Assembly: GCA_963845145.1 (NCBI GenBank)
Contig: CAWJQU010000005.1
Location: 928,001-992,000, forward strand
Direction: 5' to 3'
DNA length: 64,000 nucleotides
Source of the DNA: an uncultured delta proteobacterium
GTDB taxonomy: Bacteria; Desulfobacterota; Desulfobacteria; Desulfobacterales; QNYZ01
The notes beneath the pieces are model-generated. The model was not told the DNA's origin. It was given only the letters and a program-made list of their open reading frames with translations, and made no database searches. Of this stretch, positions 22,721 through 32,608 are shown piece after piece. The position numbers and the translations under genes are program-made. Within the stretch, counting starts at the first letter, position 1, and each line of letters opens with the position of its first letter.

Positions 22721-23839
22721 TTAAATATTCATGGCCATAATTGCGGAAATATAATTTTTATCTTCCACTTCTTCAATCAGGCAGGGAAATTTCTCCCCGC
22801 GAATATTAACAACCACCTTGTCGCCTTTAATCACATTAAGCGTTTCAATCAGATATCTCGGGTTATAGGCCATTTCCACCGGATCGCGATGATACGCCAC
22901 CGGCATATCTTCCTTGGAATCGCCCAGCTCATTGCTGCTCGAACGGATGTTCAAGTTCCCGTCGCTAAAGGCGAACATCACCGCCGGGTACTTATCCATG
23001 GTCATAATGGACATACGCTTTAGGGTCTGCAAAAAGGATTGTTTTTCCAATACCAAATCATATTGGGGATCTTTCATAATAGCCTGATCGTATTTGGGAA
23101 AATCGCCTTCCAAGAGTCGAATAAAAAAAGATTCATTTTCATTTTGAAGAATCAAATGGTTGTTTCCAATCCCAAACTTTACGATTCCTTCCGGTTTCAG
23201 GAATTTGGCAACTTCGATCAATCCCTTTTTGGGGATGAGAATACCGTCATTAACGGGTAACTCTACGCTTTTACCATAGGTATAATCCACTTTTGCCAGG
23301 CGACCAATGTCGGTTGAAACCATACGCAGCAAGCGACGATCGTCCTCGGTGACGGTATGCAGGTAGACCCCGATGACATGCGGCCGTTTATCATCCACCG
23401 GTCCAATAATCCCCGCCGTTTTTTCGACCATATTCTTAAATTGACCGGAATCGATGTTTACCATTTCCACATCTTTAAAAACGGGGTTTTTAGGAAAGGA
23501 TTCCGGATCCATACCGGCTAAATGGTATTGGACGGTGTCATCACCGATTTCAACCCAGCGGTTTTCCTTCAATTTAAATTGAAGGTTTTCACTGGGAAAG
23601 TCCCTTACAATTTCAAAAAGTTTGCGTGCATTCAGGGCACAAACCCCTTCTGACTCAACCTGGGCTTTATAGAACCCTTCAAATCCAGTTTCCAAATCCG
23701 TGGCGGAAATATGAATCTGATTCGACGTCACCTTCATTAGCACCGTGGCCGTAATGGCCAGAGAACTTTTTCGTCCGGTCAAACCCTGAATGTTGGACAT
23801 GACATCTAAAAGATCTTTACGGGAAATGATAAACTTCAT
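22721..23839 (-). CDS. dnaN: DNA polymerase III beta clamp
   Basis: ATDLE, STDIGRLA, ILIPKKG, RLLEGDFPKY, C-terminal IMAM; 372 aa and upstream of gyrB. Confidence 0.95.
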   Translation of the reverse strand: MKFIISRKDLLDVMSNIQGLTGRKSSLAITATVLMKVTSNQIHISATDLETGFEGFYKAQVESEGVCALNARKLFEIVRDFPSENLQFKLKENRWVEIGDDTVQYHLAGMDPESFPKNPVFKDVEMVNIDSGQFKNMVEKTAGIIGPVDDKRPHVIGVYLHTVTEDDRRLLRMVSTDIGRLAKVDYTYGKSVELPVNDGILIPKKGLIEVAKFLKPEGIVKFGIGNNHLILQNENESFFIRLLEGDFPKYDQAIMKDPQYDLVLEKQSFLQTLKRMSIMTMDKYPAVMFAFSDGNLNIRSSSNELGDSKEDMPVAYHRDPVEMAYNPRYLIETLNVIKGDKVVVNIRGEKFPCLIEEVEDKNYISAIMAMNI

Positions 23840-24011
23840 TTGATACCTCTTTAATATGGTATTAAATAGTTTATATAAATATTACTCATGGTTCATACGG
23901 TTAATATCGTTTAAATTGTTGATAATTAAGGATATTTTTTCAATACGATTGCGCATGACGATGATGATTGCTTGTTAAAAAAAACACCCTTTTAAACAAC
24001 AAATTTCCGAT

Positions 24012-24037
24012 TGTTCAAAAACGGCCGTTTTTGAACA
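24012..24037. repeat. Perfect 26-bp palindrome
   Basis: TGTTCAAAAACGGCCGTTTTTGAACA, 7 nt beyond the stop of the 24045-24584 gene. Confidence 0.85.
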
Positions 24038-24044
24038 TGCTGAC

Positions 24045-24584
24045 CTAAACGTTTTTATCATCACTGTTAATCCAGCTAATTATTTCAGACCGTGTTCGAT
24101 TGTTCCAGGCGTCACTAATTCTATCTTTAATGAATTTATTGTAAAATAAGTTGGTTACATCAAAAACAATTTCGTATAAAAGAATTTTTTCTAATACGGC
24201 CCCGGCTATATCATCGTCAGTGTCAGGTTTACCGGTAGTTGGTGTTTTCAAATTGCTTAAGCCTAAATTTTCCCCCTTAAGGGTAAACCGCCAGGATTGA
24301 CCGTCGCTTTGATAATCCACGGCCAATTCCGTAACCAGCGCACCTTTGGACATTGCAACCAAGCCCTCTTTTAGATCCGCCTGATCACCTTTAATCGTAA
24401 TGGTTTCGACATCCTTAGCATGTCTGTTTTCCAGAACCATGCGGTCTCCGATAGAGAAAATGGTATCGGTTTTGGGATCAAACAGATCGGTGTATTTTTC
24501 GGTTGCGATCACATACCATAGCCAGGTTAAAAATTCCTGACCGAGAAATCGAAAACGGTTGTAGGCCACACTGACATCAAGCAT
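24045..24584 (-). CDS. Conserved hypothetical protein (partner of the RdgC-like gene)
   Basis: FLGQEFLTWLWY motif, recalled from the deltaproteobacterial gene that accompanies RdgC-like genes. Confidence 0.7.
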   Translation of the reverse strand: MLDVSVAYNRFRFLGQEFLTWLWYVIATEKYTDLFDPKTDTIFSIGDRMVLENRHAKDVETITIKGDQADLKEGLVAMSKGALVTELAVDYQSDGQSWRFTLKGENLGLSNLKTPTTGKPDTDDDIAGAVLEKILLYEIVFDVTNLFYNKFIKDRISDAWNNRTRSEIISWINSDDKNV

Positions 24585-24669
24585 AACTATTTAATATTCC
24601 GATTTTATTTAAAATATTTCAGATTTACCTGTTTTTGATTTTCCTGGCCTTGATTTACCCGGTCTTCAT

Positions 24670-25290
24670 TTATTGGGAAGCGGCGAAATGAGTCGGTGAA
24701 AGGTTACCTAACTGATCCAAATCACGATCGGTTAAGTCGCTCATATCGTGGGCTTGCGTATAGGGTATGAGTCGAATGAGGGAGACGGAAAATGATTTTA
24801 GAAAAAGGGTTTCCAATTCCTCATTGGCCGATTTTAAAGTTGAAAAAAACCACAAATTTGCCTTTTCGGGAAGCCAGACCACATCATAAATGTTGGGTGT
24901 GGCCGGAATACGCATACCTAAAGATGAAACGATCTGGTCTTTGATTTCTTGTTTTTCATGACGGGAAATAAACTGCTGCCCGTTTTTAGCCAGCCGGTGA
25001 GAGACCTCGGCCATATAGCGTTTTTGAATCACCTTTGACGGAATGGATTTTTTATCCATCCGCAAACAAAAGACGATATAGGGATCATAAACGAAAGAAG
25101 AGCCTGAAAAATCAGTCGAATAGGGATTTTTAAAGGAAGCCCACCCACAGGTTTTGCTTTCAGGGTTATTATCGATATCGGCAATGCGATGTTTGTACAA
25201 CCCTTGAGAGATGGTTTCCAATAAAGGCTGTTTTAATTCACCTTTTACCCGGTATCTCACAACCGATGTCGATGAAGAAAGAATACCCAT
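24670..25290 (-). CDS. RdgC-like (recombination-associated) protein
   Basis: MGILSSSTSVVRYRV, GW, LRMDKKSIP, PATPNIYDVVW, FLKSF pattern. Confidence 0.7.
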   Translation of the reverse strand: MGILSSSTSVVRYRVKGELKQPLLETISQGLYKHRIADIDNNPESKTCGWASFKNPYSTDFSGSSFVYDPYIVFCLRMDKKSIPSKVIQKRYMAEVSHRLAKNGQQFISRHEKQEIKDQIVSSLGMRIPATPNIYDVVWLPEKANLWFFSTLKSANEELETLFLKSFSVSLIRLIPYTQAHDMSDLTDRDLDQLGNLSPTHFAASQ

Positions 25291-25451
25291 TAGCGGCCTG
25301 TTTTTATAATTGGATTAAATATCAATATATTGTATTTATTAATTATATAGTTGTATACATGTAGCGTATTTGCTTTAAAAACTCAAGTTGTTTTTTTAAG
25401 AAGAAGGGCGCTCTTTTCGCGTAAAATGAATCATTTAATAAAGGCGAAACA

Positions 25452-28400
25452 ATGAAGTATATTGCCGATCTTCACGTGCATTCCAAATATTCCATCGCCA
25501 CGGCAAAAAATTTAGATCTCGAAAATGTGTATATATCGGCCCAGAAAAAAGGGGTTTCGGTTGTGGGAACCGGAGACTTTACCCACCCGGCATGGATCGC
25601 CGAATTAAAGGAAAAATTGATACCAGCCGAGTCGGGCCTCTATCGATTGAAAAAATCGATTGAAGACCGTTGTGATAGAGAGGTGCCGCGGTCTTGTAGA
25701 AAATCGATTCGATTCATTTTAACCACCGAAATAAGTAACATATACAAAAAACACGAAAAAACACGAAAAAACCACAACCTGGTACTGGCACCCGATTTTA
25801 ATGTGGCGGAAGGGATAAATGCCACCCTGGATAAAATAGGCAATATTAAATCAGACGGCAGGCCCATTTTAGGGCTGGATGCACGCAATCTTCTGGAAAT
25901 CGTGCTGGAAGCTTCTGAAAAAGCCATCTTGATTCCGGCTCATATATGGACACCCTGGTTTTCCCTTTTAGGGTCCAAGTCCGGATTTGACAGCGTCAAG
26001 GCCTGTTTTGAGGATCTCACACCCCATATTTTTGCGGTGGAAACCGGGCTCTCTTCGGATCCGGGTATGAATTGGCGCGTTTCCGATCTGGATAATATGA
26101 CCCTCATATCCAACTCAGACGCTCATTCACCCATGAAGCTCGGGAGAGAAGCCAATCGGTTCAACACGGATATGTCCTATGAGGCGATTCGAGAAGCCTT
26201 GATGAAGGGTGATCTTGACGCTTTTGAGGGAACACTGGAGTTTTTTCCCGAGGAGGGAAAATATCATCTGGATGGGCATAAAAAATGCGGGGTGCGGTTC
26301 ACGCCGATCCAAACCATTGAAAAAAAAGGAATCTGCCCGGTTTGCAACAAGCCCCTGACAGTGGGGGTTTTATATCGGGTAGAAGCCCTGGCCGATAAAC
26401 CGGTTGGTCGAAAATCACCCAAAGCGCGACCCTATCAACATGTGGTGGCGTTGGTGGATATTCTCTCTCAAGTCCTTAATGTTGGCCCCCAGTCAAAAAA
26501 GGTTCAAGCAGCTTATGAGGAGACGATAGCAATCCTGGGAGACGAATTTTCGATTCTTTTGGACCATTCCAGCGAGAACATCGAGAAAAAAAGCAAAATA
26601 CCCTTGCTGGGAGAGGCCATACGAAGAACAAGAGCGGGCCGCATCGAGCTAAACGGGGGGTACGACGGTGAATTCGGAACCATTCGGTTGTTCAGGGAAG
26701 ACGAAAAGAGACAACTGATGGGTCAGCAATCTCTTTTTAACCAAGCGGATTCTGAAAAAATTGAGAAAAAGAAAGAGGCGGTATCCGTTCCGCCACCCAC
26801 CCGAGCGGTACCCTTTAGAAAAAAGACAAAACCGGTGAGTGATCGTGACAATGAAAAAGATCTCTTGTCTCGCCTTAACCCCGCGCAACAGCGGTCTGTA
26901 TACCATGACGATACGCCATTGATCATCGCCGCCGGACCCGGCACCGGAAAAACGCTGACCATTACCGGTCGAATGGTTCATCTGATAAAGGATAAAAAGG
27001 TGCCGCCGCATCAGATCCTGGCCGTCACGTTCACCCATAAAGCGGCTGAAGAGATGAAAAGGCGTCTGGAAAGATACCTGCCGCAATCAAAGACCCTATC
27101 GGAAAAAATAGCCTGGCCCCAGGTGGCCACGTTTCATGCTTTTTGCATGGATTTTTTGCGAAAAAAACGGCCGGAAAATCCACCGATGGTCCTCGATGAA
27201 AGCGATCAGGAGAAGGTGATGGGTGATGCGATTGCCGTGGTGAAAAAAGTGGTCAAAAAAGAGGACCCATCCTTTTCTCTGCCGTCCGCCACCATCGGCC
27301 GGATGATCATGTCGGCCAAACAGAAGCTTCAAACCCCCGAAACCATGCCCATCGGACAGATCTCCGGAAAGGGGCCCCAAATCGATGAAAAAATTAAGAA
27401 GATCGCGGTCGCGTATCAAAACTTGTTACAACTGCTCGGTGTTTGTGATTATGAAGACCTGATCATTGAAACCGTAGCCCTGTTGAAAGAAGAAGCCGAG
27501 AAAAACGCATTGGCCGATCCCCGATTTCGGTATGTTTTTGTCGATGAGTATCAGGATATTAATGAGGGCCAGTACCACTTGCTGCGCGCCATTGTTTCTC
27601 CCAATGGTACCGGGTTGTGTGTGATCGGCGATCCGAATCAGGCCATTTACGGTTTTAGGGGATCGAACGTTCGTTTTTTTCAACGCTTTTCAGCGGATTT
27701 TAAGGCGGCCAAGCGTATCGATCTGACGCAAAATTATCGCTCAACCCAAACCATCGTTAATGCCTCGGTTCAGATGATAGGCCGAGGGCAATCGGAAAAA
27801 TTGATCCCAAAAGAAACCCTGTTTTCGAAAACAAAAAGGGGTAAGGCCATTGGCCTGATTAAATGTCGCTCCGAGCAGGCAGAAGCGGCCGCCATTGGCC
27901 GACGGATTGTCGCACTCATCGGTGGTCGCGGATATCATGATATCGACTTAAGACGCGCTGAAGCGGAACCCGACGGCCTTGCCCTGGGATTTGATGACAT
28001 TGCCGTTGTTTACCGGACAGGGAGACAGGGGGAAAAGATCGCAGACGTGTTTCAAAAAATGGGGATTCCCAGCCAGATGGTTGTGCGCCGACGCCAAAGC
28101 CATCACCAAAAAATACGTCAACTCATCTCCCTGCTGACGGTTTTAGAGGGAAAACCCGTGTATCAAGATATTGAGGCCATTCGGGATTTGTTTAAGGCGT
28201 GTCCGACGAAAAAAACCATGACAGCGTTTAAACACTGGGGGCTTCACAGGCAATTTAATCCGTCTGTCGCGTTGGAAAAAGTCCGGCTGACATCTGTCCA
28301 CACCATAACCCGCCCCCAGCAACTACGCCTGGAGGGGATGGTGCGGCAGCTTCGAGAACGTCAAAAAGAATTAAGACCTTTGTCCGTGGTCGACAAGGTA

Positions 28401-28910
28401 AGGGCCTTGGTTGAGGATCTCGATATAGTCTCTTCTTATAAAAAAGAGCCGGGCATTGAAGCGGTGGTTAATCAGATACTCGAGCGGGCCGGCCGGTTTG
28501 ACGGACGGGCCGACCAGTGGCTTTCCACCTTAGCCCTCCAGGCAGATACGGATACATTTCAACCGCAGTCACAAAAGGTGGGGCTGATGACCATGCACGC
28601 CGCCAAGGGGCTTGAGTTTCCCGTTGTCTTTATTGCGGGGTGCGAAGACGAATTGATCCCTTTCAGGCACAAGGGTGAAAAGACTGGCAATACCGATGAA
28701 GAAAGGCGGCTGTTCTACGTGGCCATGACCCGGGCCAAAGGGCAGCTTTACATGACCTGGGCCGACCAAAGGCGGATATATGGAAAGCGTGTCAGCCGCA
28801 CCATATCACCCTATATCGGCGCTATCGACAACGGGCTTCTTGAAGAGCAACAAACCACGAAACGAACAACCAAACCAAAGCCTATCCAACAATCACTTTT
28901 TGATTTATAA
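25452..28910 (+). CDS. Endonuclease Q (PHP + Zn ribbon) fused to a UvrD/PcrA-like helicase
   Basis: ADLHVHSKYS, GTGDFTHP, SNSDAHS, GKYHLDGHKKC, CPVC; then AGPGTGKT, VDEYQD, GDPNQAIY, NYRS, TMHAAKGLEF, EERRLFYVAMTRA. Confidence 0.92.
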   Translation: MKYIADLHVHSKYSIATAKNLDLENVYISAQKKGVSVVGTGDFTHPAWIAELKEKLIPAESGLYRLKKSIEDRCDREVPRSCRKSIRFILTTEISNIYKKHEKTRKNHNLVLAPDFNVAEGINATLDKIGNIKSDGRPILGLDARNLLEIVLEASEKAILIPAHIWTPWFSLLGSKSGFDSVKACFEDLTPHIFAVETGLSSDPGMNWRVSDLDNMTLISNSDAHSPMKLGREANRFNTDMSYEAIREALMKGDLDAFEGTLEFFPEEGKYHLDGHKKCGVRFTPIQTIEKKGICPVCNKPLTVGVLYRVEALADKPVGRKSPKARPYQHVVALVDILSQVLNVGPQSKKVQAAYEETIAILGDEFSILLDHSSENIEKKSKIPLLGEAIRRTRAGRIELNGGYDGEFGTIRLFREDEKRQLMGQQSLFNQADSEKIEKKKEAVSVPPPTRAVPFRKKTKPVSDRDNEKDLLSRLNPAQQRSVYHDDTPLIIAAGPGTGKTLTITGRMVHLIKDKKVPPHQILAVTFTHKAAEEMKRRLERYLPQSKTLSEKIAWPQVATFHAFCMDFLRKKRPENPPMVLDESDQEKVMGDAIAVVKKVVKKEDPSFSLPSATIGRMIMSAKQKLQTPETMPIGQISGKGPQIDEKIKKIAVAYQNLLQLLGVCDYEDLIIETVALLKEEAEKNALADPRFRYVFVDEYQDINEGQYHLLRAIVSPNGTGLCVIGDPNQAIYGFRGSNVRFFQRFSADFKAAKRIDLTQNYRSTQTIVNASVQMIGRGQSEKLIPKETLFSKTKRGKAIGLIKCRSEQAEAAAIGRRIVALIGGRGYHDIDLRRAEAEPDGLALGFDDIAVVYRTGRQGEKIADVFQKMGIPSQMVVRRRQSHHQKIRQLISLLTVLEGKPVYQDIEAIRDLFKACPTKKTMTAFKHWGLHRQFNPSVALEKVRLTSVHTITRPQQLRLEGMVRQLRERQKELRPLSVVDKVRALVEDLDIVSSYKKEPGIEAVVNQILERAGRFDGRADQWLSTLALQADTDTFQPQSQKVGLMTMHAAKGLEFPVVFIAGCEDELIPFRHKGEKTGNTDEERRLFYVAMTRAKGQLYMTWADQRRIYGKRVSRTISPYIGAIDNGLLEEQQTTKRTTKPKPIQQSLFDL

Positions 28911-29002
28911 AAATAAGACGGGAAGAAAGCCCAACCGAAACCCGCCACCGGCCCTGCCGCCGACCGGGCGCATCGGCCTACGGGCCAACCAAAAAACGAC
29001 AT

Positions 29003-30235
29003 CTAAAGCCGATAAACGATCGGTTTATCATCGGCTTCTATATCTATCCCTACCGTATCCCCGGTCCTAAACCCGAGGGAGCGGAATTTTTTTAACACTT
29101 CTTTTTCCCGCGCGTCGTGCCAATAGACCGACCACAAGGGGTTACGCACGGTATCGATCCCGTAAGCATCGTGCCCGCAGAGGCTTAAATGAAGGTGGTC
29201 TTTAGTGATCAAGGTGTCGGCCTCGGCCAGAAAATAGTCGAGGGCATAGAGGTTCTGGTGTAACAGGCCGGAAAGTTGTTGTTGAAGGGAGGGATTGTCA
29301 TCCAGATAATGATTGGCGACCTGGTAGAGAAACTCAGGCGGTTTCATGCACAATCCAATGACCCCGAAGCGATGGTGCATCAGAGCGAAGTTTTCGAGTT
29401 CCTCTTCAAAGGATTTGACGATTTGATTAATATCCTCAATTCGGCAAACAGGCCCTTCTTTCCCCAGAACAATCTCCTCACAACAATCGATTATCCGCAT
29501 ATAGACATCCTGCATATCCAGCAAATAAACGGGTCGTTCGCGATAGCTGCGTCGTATGCGGACCCGGCGGACACCGTCCAGCTTGATGGCCCGCTCTGTC
29601 TCCTTTTCTTCCAACAGTTCGATACCGGAAATATCCTTGGCTTGTACCACATAGATCTGGTTGTCATTGGAAAGAATGTATTCAATTTCACAACGAAAAC
29701 CGAGGCTTTTTTGAATGTCGGCGGAGATATCGATGAGGTGGCGGTTGTGGGGCGTCGAGGTTATATAAGGTTCGCTTTGAAATCGGCTGGTCCGGTTGCG
29801 GCAGTAACCGAATTCCCAGTGGTTGCGGATCTTTTTAGCCATCACGGAACTTCCTTCAATAAAAGGCATAACGATGACGCCCATCTGATCCGGATCGATA
29901 TTGGGAGCCTTGGCAAAACGTTGTTGCCGAATAATTGACAGCCGGCAGGAAGCATCAAGGGCCTTGATCATCTTTTTGCGCGCAAAAGTCACCCCGCCGA
30001 TGTCGGCGTAGGTTTCAAGCGAGGTAAACGTTCCCCCCTTATAAAACTCCTCGGCGGGGTGGGCGCTTCGGGCAATAACCTTGAAACTTTCGCGATGTTT
30101 TTCAAGAAACGCTTTTAAAGCGTCAAAGCGTTCTTTTTTAAAGTCTTCCGGAGGCACATAAATAAAATCAGGCACGTTAAAGCGCCCTTTTGTCAAGCGC
30201 TCCAGCAGCCGCGCTTTTTCCGGTTTATTCTCCAT
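29003..30235 (-). CDS. Hypothetical protein with a PEP-synthase/PPDK nucleotide-binding-like N-terminal half
   Basis: KARLLERL, FNVPDFI, VIARSAH, GGTFTS, MGVIVMPFI, EIEY, IYVVQAK. The C-terminal half is unrecognised. Confidence 0.6.
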   Translation of the reverse strand: MENKPEKARLLERLTKGRFNVPDFIYVPPEDFKKERFDALKAFLEKHRESFKVIARSAHPAEEFYKGGTFTSLETYADIGGVTFARKKMIKALDASCRLSIIRQQRFAKAPNIDPDQMGVIVMPFIEGSSVMAKKIRNHWEFGYCRNRTSRFQSEPYITSTPHNRHLIDISADIQKSLGFRCEIEYILSNDNQIYVVQAKDISGIELLEEKETERAIKLDGVRRVRIRRSYRERPVYLLDMQDVYMRIIDCCEEIVLGKEGPVCRIEDINQIVKSFEEELENFALMHHRFGVIGLCMKPPEFLYQVANHYLDDNPSLQQQLSGLLHQNLYALDYFLAEADTLITKDHLHLSLCGHDAYGIDTVRNPLWSVYWHDAREKEVLKKFRSLGFRTGDTVGIDIEADDKPIVYRL

Positions 30236-30390
30236 AATTATCCGCTCGTTATTGATTGACTTATTACCCCATAGCACATAGAAACGAATTGCCTTGCAAG
30301 AGGGACCATTAAAAACATGGTTTTTCAAGTGCTACCCGTTTAACATAATGCAACACTCCCTATTTGTTCAAGATAAAACAGCGGTTTTAA

Positions 30391-32535
30391 ATGCTGACGA
30401 AATTCTTTCCCTTTATCGACGGGTTTAAAAACTACTCGTCACGACACCTGAAGATGGATGCCACCGCCGGGATCACCGTCGCCCTAGTGCTGATCCCCCA
30501 GTCTATGGCGTACGCTCAGTTGGCCGGGCTTCCCGCTTATTACGGCCTGTACGCGTCCCTATTGCCGCCCGTGATTGCCGCCCTTTTTGGTTCCAGTCGG
30601 CAATTGGCCACCGGCCCGGTGGCGATGGTTTCTTTAATGACCGCGGCTGGCCTGGAGTCGTTGGCTACTGCGGGAAGTCCGGGCTATCTTGCCTATGCGC
30701 TTCTTCTGGCCCTATTTGTGGGCATTATCCAGTTTGTCATCGGAACCCTGCGGCTGGGCGTTGTCATCAATTTCCTCTCCCATCCGGTGGTCAACGGGTT
30801 TACCAATGCCGCCGCTATCATTATTGCCACATCCCAACTGCCCAAGTTGTTTGGGGTTGCCATCGACAAAGCCGATCATCATTATCAAACCGTTGTCTGG
30901 ACCCTTCAGGCCGCTGGTCAATATACGCATTGGCCGACCTTTCTCATGGGCGTGATCGCTTTCACTTTAATGATTGTGCTAAAGCGACTTCATAGCCGCA
31001 TACCGGGCGTCCTGGCGGCAGTCGTGGTGACAACGGTCTTGTCCTGGGCTTTTCATTTCGAACAACGCATGGCCATTCACCATGATGCGATTAAAGATGC
31101 CAATGTCAAGGCGCTGCTGAGCCAATTTAACGACACCCAAAAGAAGCTTCCAAAGCTAGAGGAAAAACGCAATAAAACCGCCATAGATCAAACCCGGTTC
31201 AAGAACCAAGATAAAACCATTGCCATGTTGGACGCCAAGCGGGATGTGGCCGTATTAAATATAAAAATCGATTTGCTCAAATACCAGGCGGCCCAGGTTC
31301 GGAAAGATATTCGACGGCAGCTCTTTTACCGAAGGATCTCTTCTAACGGGACGGTTTCCTTTGTCAACCGAAAAGAGGGGACGCGCTCCGGTAACGGCCG
31401 CGAGCGAATCTGGCGCATTGATATGAGCAACAGCCTTATGGATCTTAACCGAATCCCTTTTTCCGGGGGAGGGCAGGTGGTTGGCCATGTCCCTAGCGGG
31501 CTGCCCCCGGTTACGCGTCCGATAATCGACGTCGATGTCGTGGGACCCCTATTTTTTTATGCCGCGATTATCGCCTTGCTCGGATTTATGGAGGCCATCT
31601 CGGTGGCCAAAGCGATGGCGGCGAAAACCGGACAGCGGTTGGATCCCAACCAGGAGCTGATCGGCCAGGGCCTTTCCAATATTGTGGGGGCGTTTACCAG
31701 CGGTTATCCTGTCTCAGGTTCTTTTTCGCGATCGGCAGTGAATCTGCAGGCTGGGGCGATGACCGGTATGGCCAGCCTGTTCACGGGCTTTTTTGTGTTG
31801 ATTGCGCTGATCTTTCTCACCCCCCTTTTATACCATTTGCCCCAGGCGGCTCTGGCGGCGGTAATAATGATGGCGGTGGTGGGGTTGGTCAATGTGCAGG
31901 GGTTTATTCATGCCTGGCGAGCCCAGCCGCATGATGGGGTTATCTCTGTGATCACGTTTATCGCGACCCTCGCCTTTGCACCGCATTTGGACCGGGGAAT
32001 TTTGATCGGTATCGCGTTGTCGCTGTTGGTTTTTCTATACAAAAGCATGCGCCCCCGGGTGATTTCGTTGTCGCTCAGTCCGGATAAAAGACTTCACGAC
32101 GCGCTGACCTATGGATTGAAGGAATGCCGCTTTATCGATGTGGTTCGTTTCGAGGGGCCGCTTTTCTTCGCCAACTCGAGCTATCTGGAAACCCAGATCG
32201 CCATGCATCGCCAAAACAAACCCGGGTTAAAACACATTCTTCTGGTAGCTGATGGCATTTACGATATGGATGCGTCCGGGCAGGAAATGCTCTCTTTGGT
32301 CGTGGACCGGGTGCGCAGCGCCGACATCGACATATCTTTGAGCGGCGTGCATCTACCGGTGATGGATGTAATGAAACGGACCTACTTGCTTGAAAAAATA
32401 GGCGTGGACAATATATACCCCAATATCGATACAGCCTTGTTAGCGATTCACACCAAAACCCATCAAGGGGAAGATGAACCCAGGTGCCCTTTGACAAAGG
32501 TGGTGTATAGAGAAACAAAAAAACCGAGACCATAA
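30391..32535 (+). CDS. SulP/SLC26 anion transporter with STAS domain and a soluble insert
   Basis: IPQSMAYAQLAGLP, GSSRQLATGP, NQELIGQG, GSFSRSAVN, PLFFAN, DASG. Confidence 0.94.
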   Translation: MLTKFFPFIDGFKNYSSRHLKMDATAGITVALVLIPQSMAYAQLAGLPAYYGLYASLLPPVIAALFGSSRQLATGPVAMVSLMTAAGLESLATAGSPGYLAYALLLALFVGIIQFVIGTLRLGVVINFLSHPVVNGFTNAAAIIIATSQLPKLFGVAIDKADHHYQTVVWTLQAAGQYTHWPTFLMGVIAFTLMIVLKRLHSRIPGVLAAVVVTTVLSWAFHFEQRMAIHHDAIKDANVKALLSQFNDTQKKLPKLEEKRNKTAIDQTRFKNQDKTIAMLDAKRDVAVLNIKIDLLKYQAAQVRKDIRRQLFYRRISSNGTVSFVNRKEGTRSGNGRERIWRIDMSNSLMDLNRIPFSGGGQVVGHVPSGLPPVTRPIIDVDVVGPLFFYAAIIALLGFMEAISVAKAMAAKTGQRLDPNQELIGQGLSNIVGAFTSGYPVSGSFSRSAVNLQAGAMTGMASLFTGFFVLIALIFLTPLLYHLPQAALAAVIMMAVVGLVNVQGFIHAWRAQPHDGVISVITFIATLAFAPHLDRGILIGIALSLLVFLYKSMRPRVISLSLSPDKRLHDALTYGLKECRFIDVVRFEGPLFFANSSYLETQIAMHRQNKPGLKHILLVADGIYDMDASGQEMLSLVVDRVRSADIDISLSGVHLPVMDVMKRTYLLEKIGVDNIYPNIDTALLAIHTKTHQGEDEPRCPLTKVVYRETKKPRP

Positions 32536-32608
32536 AAAGCAGGGTAAAAAGGATCAAGGGGCAATATAAACGCATCATTCTCAAACCCTATGCATGGAGG
32601 CCTAAAAC

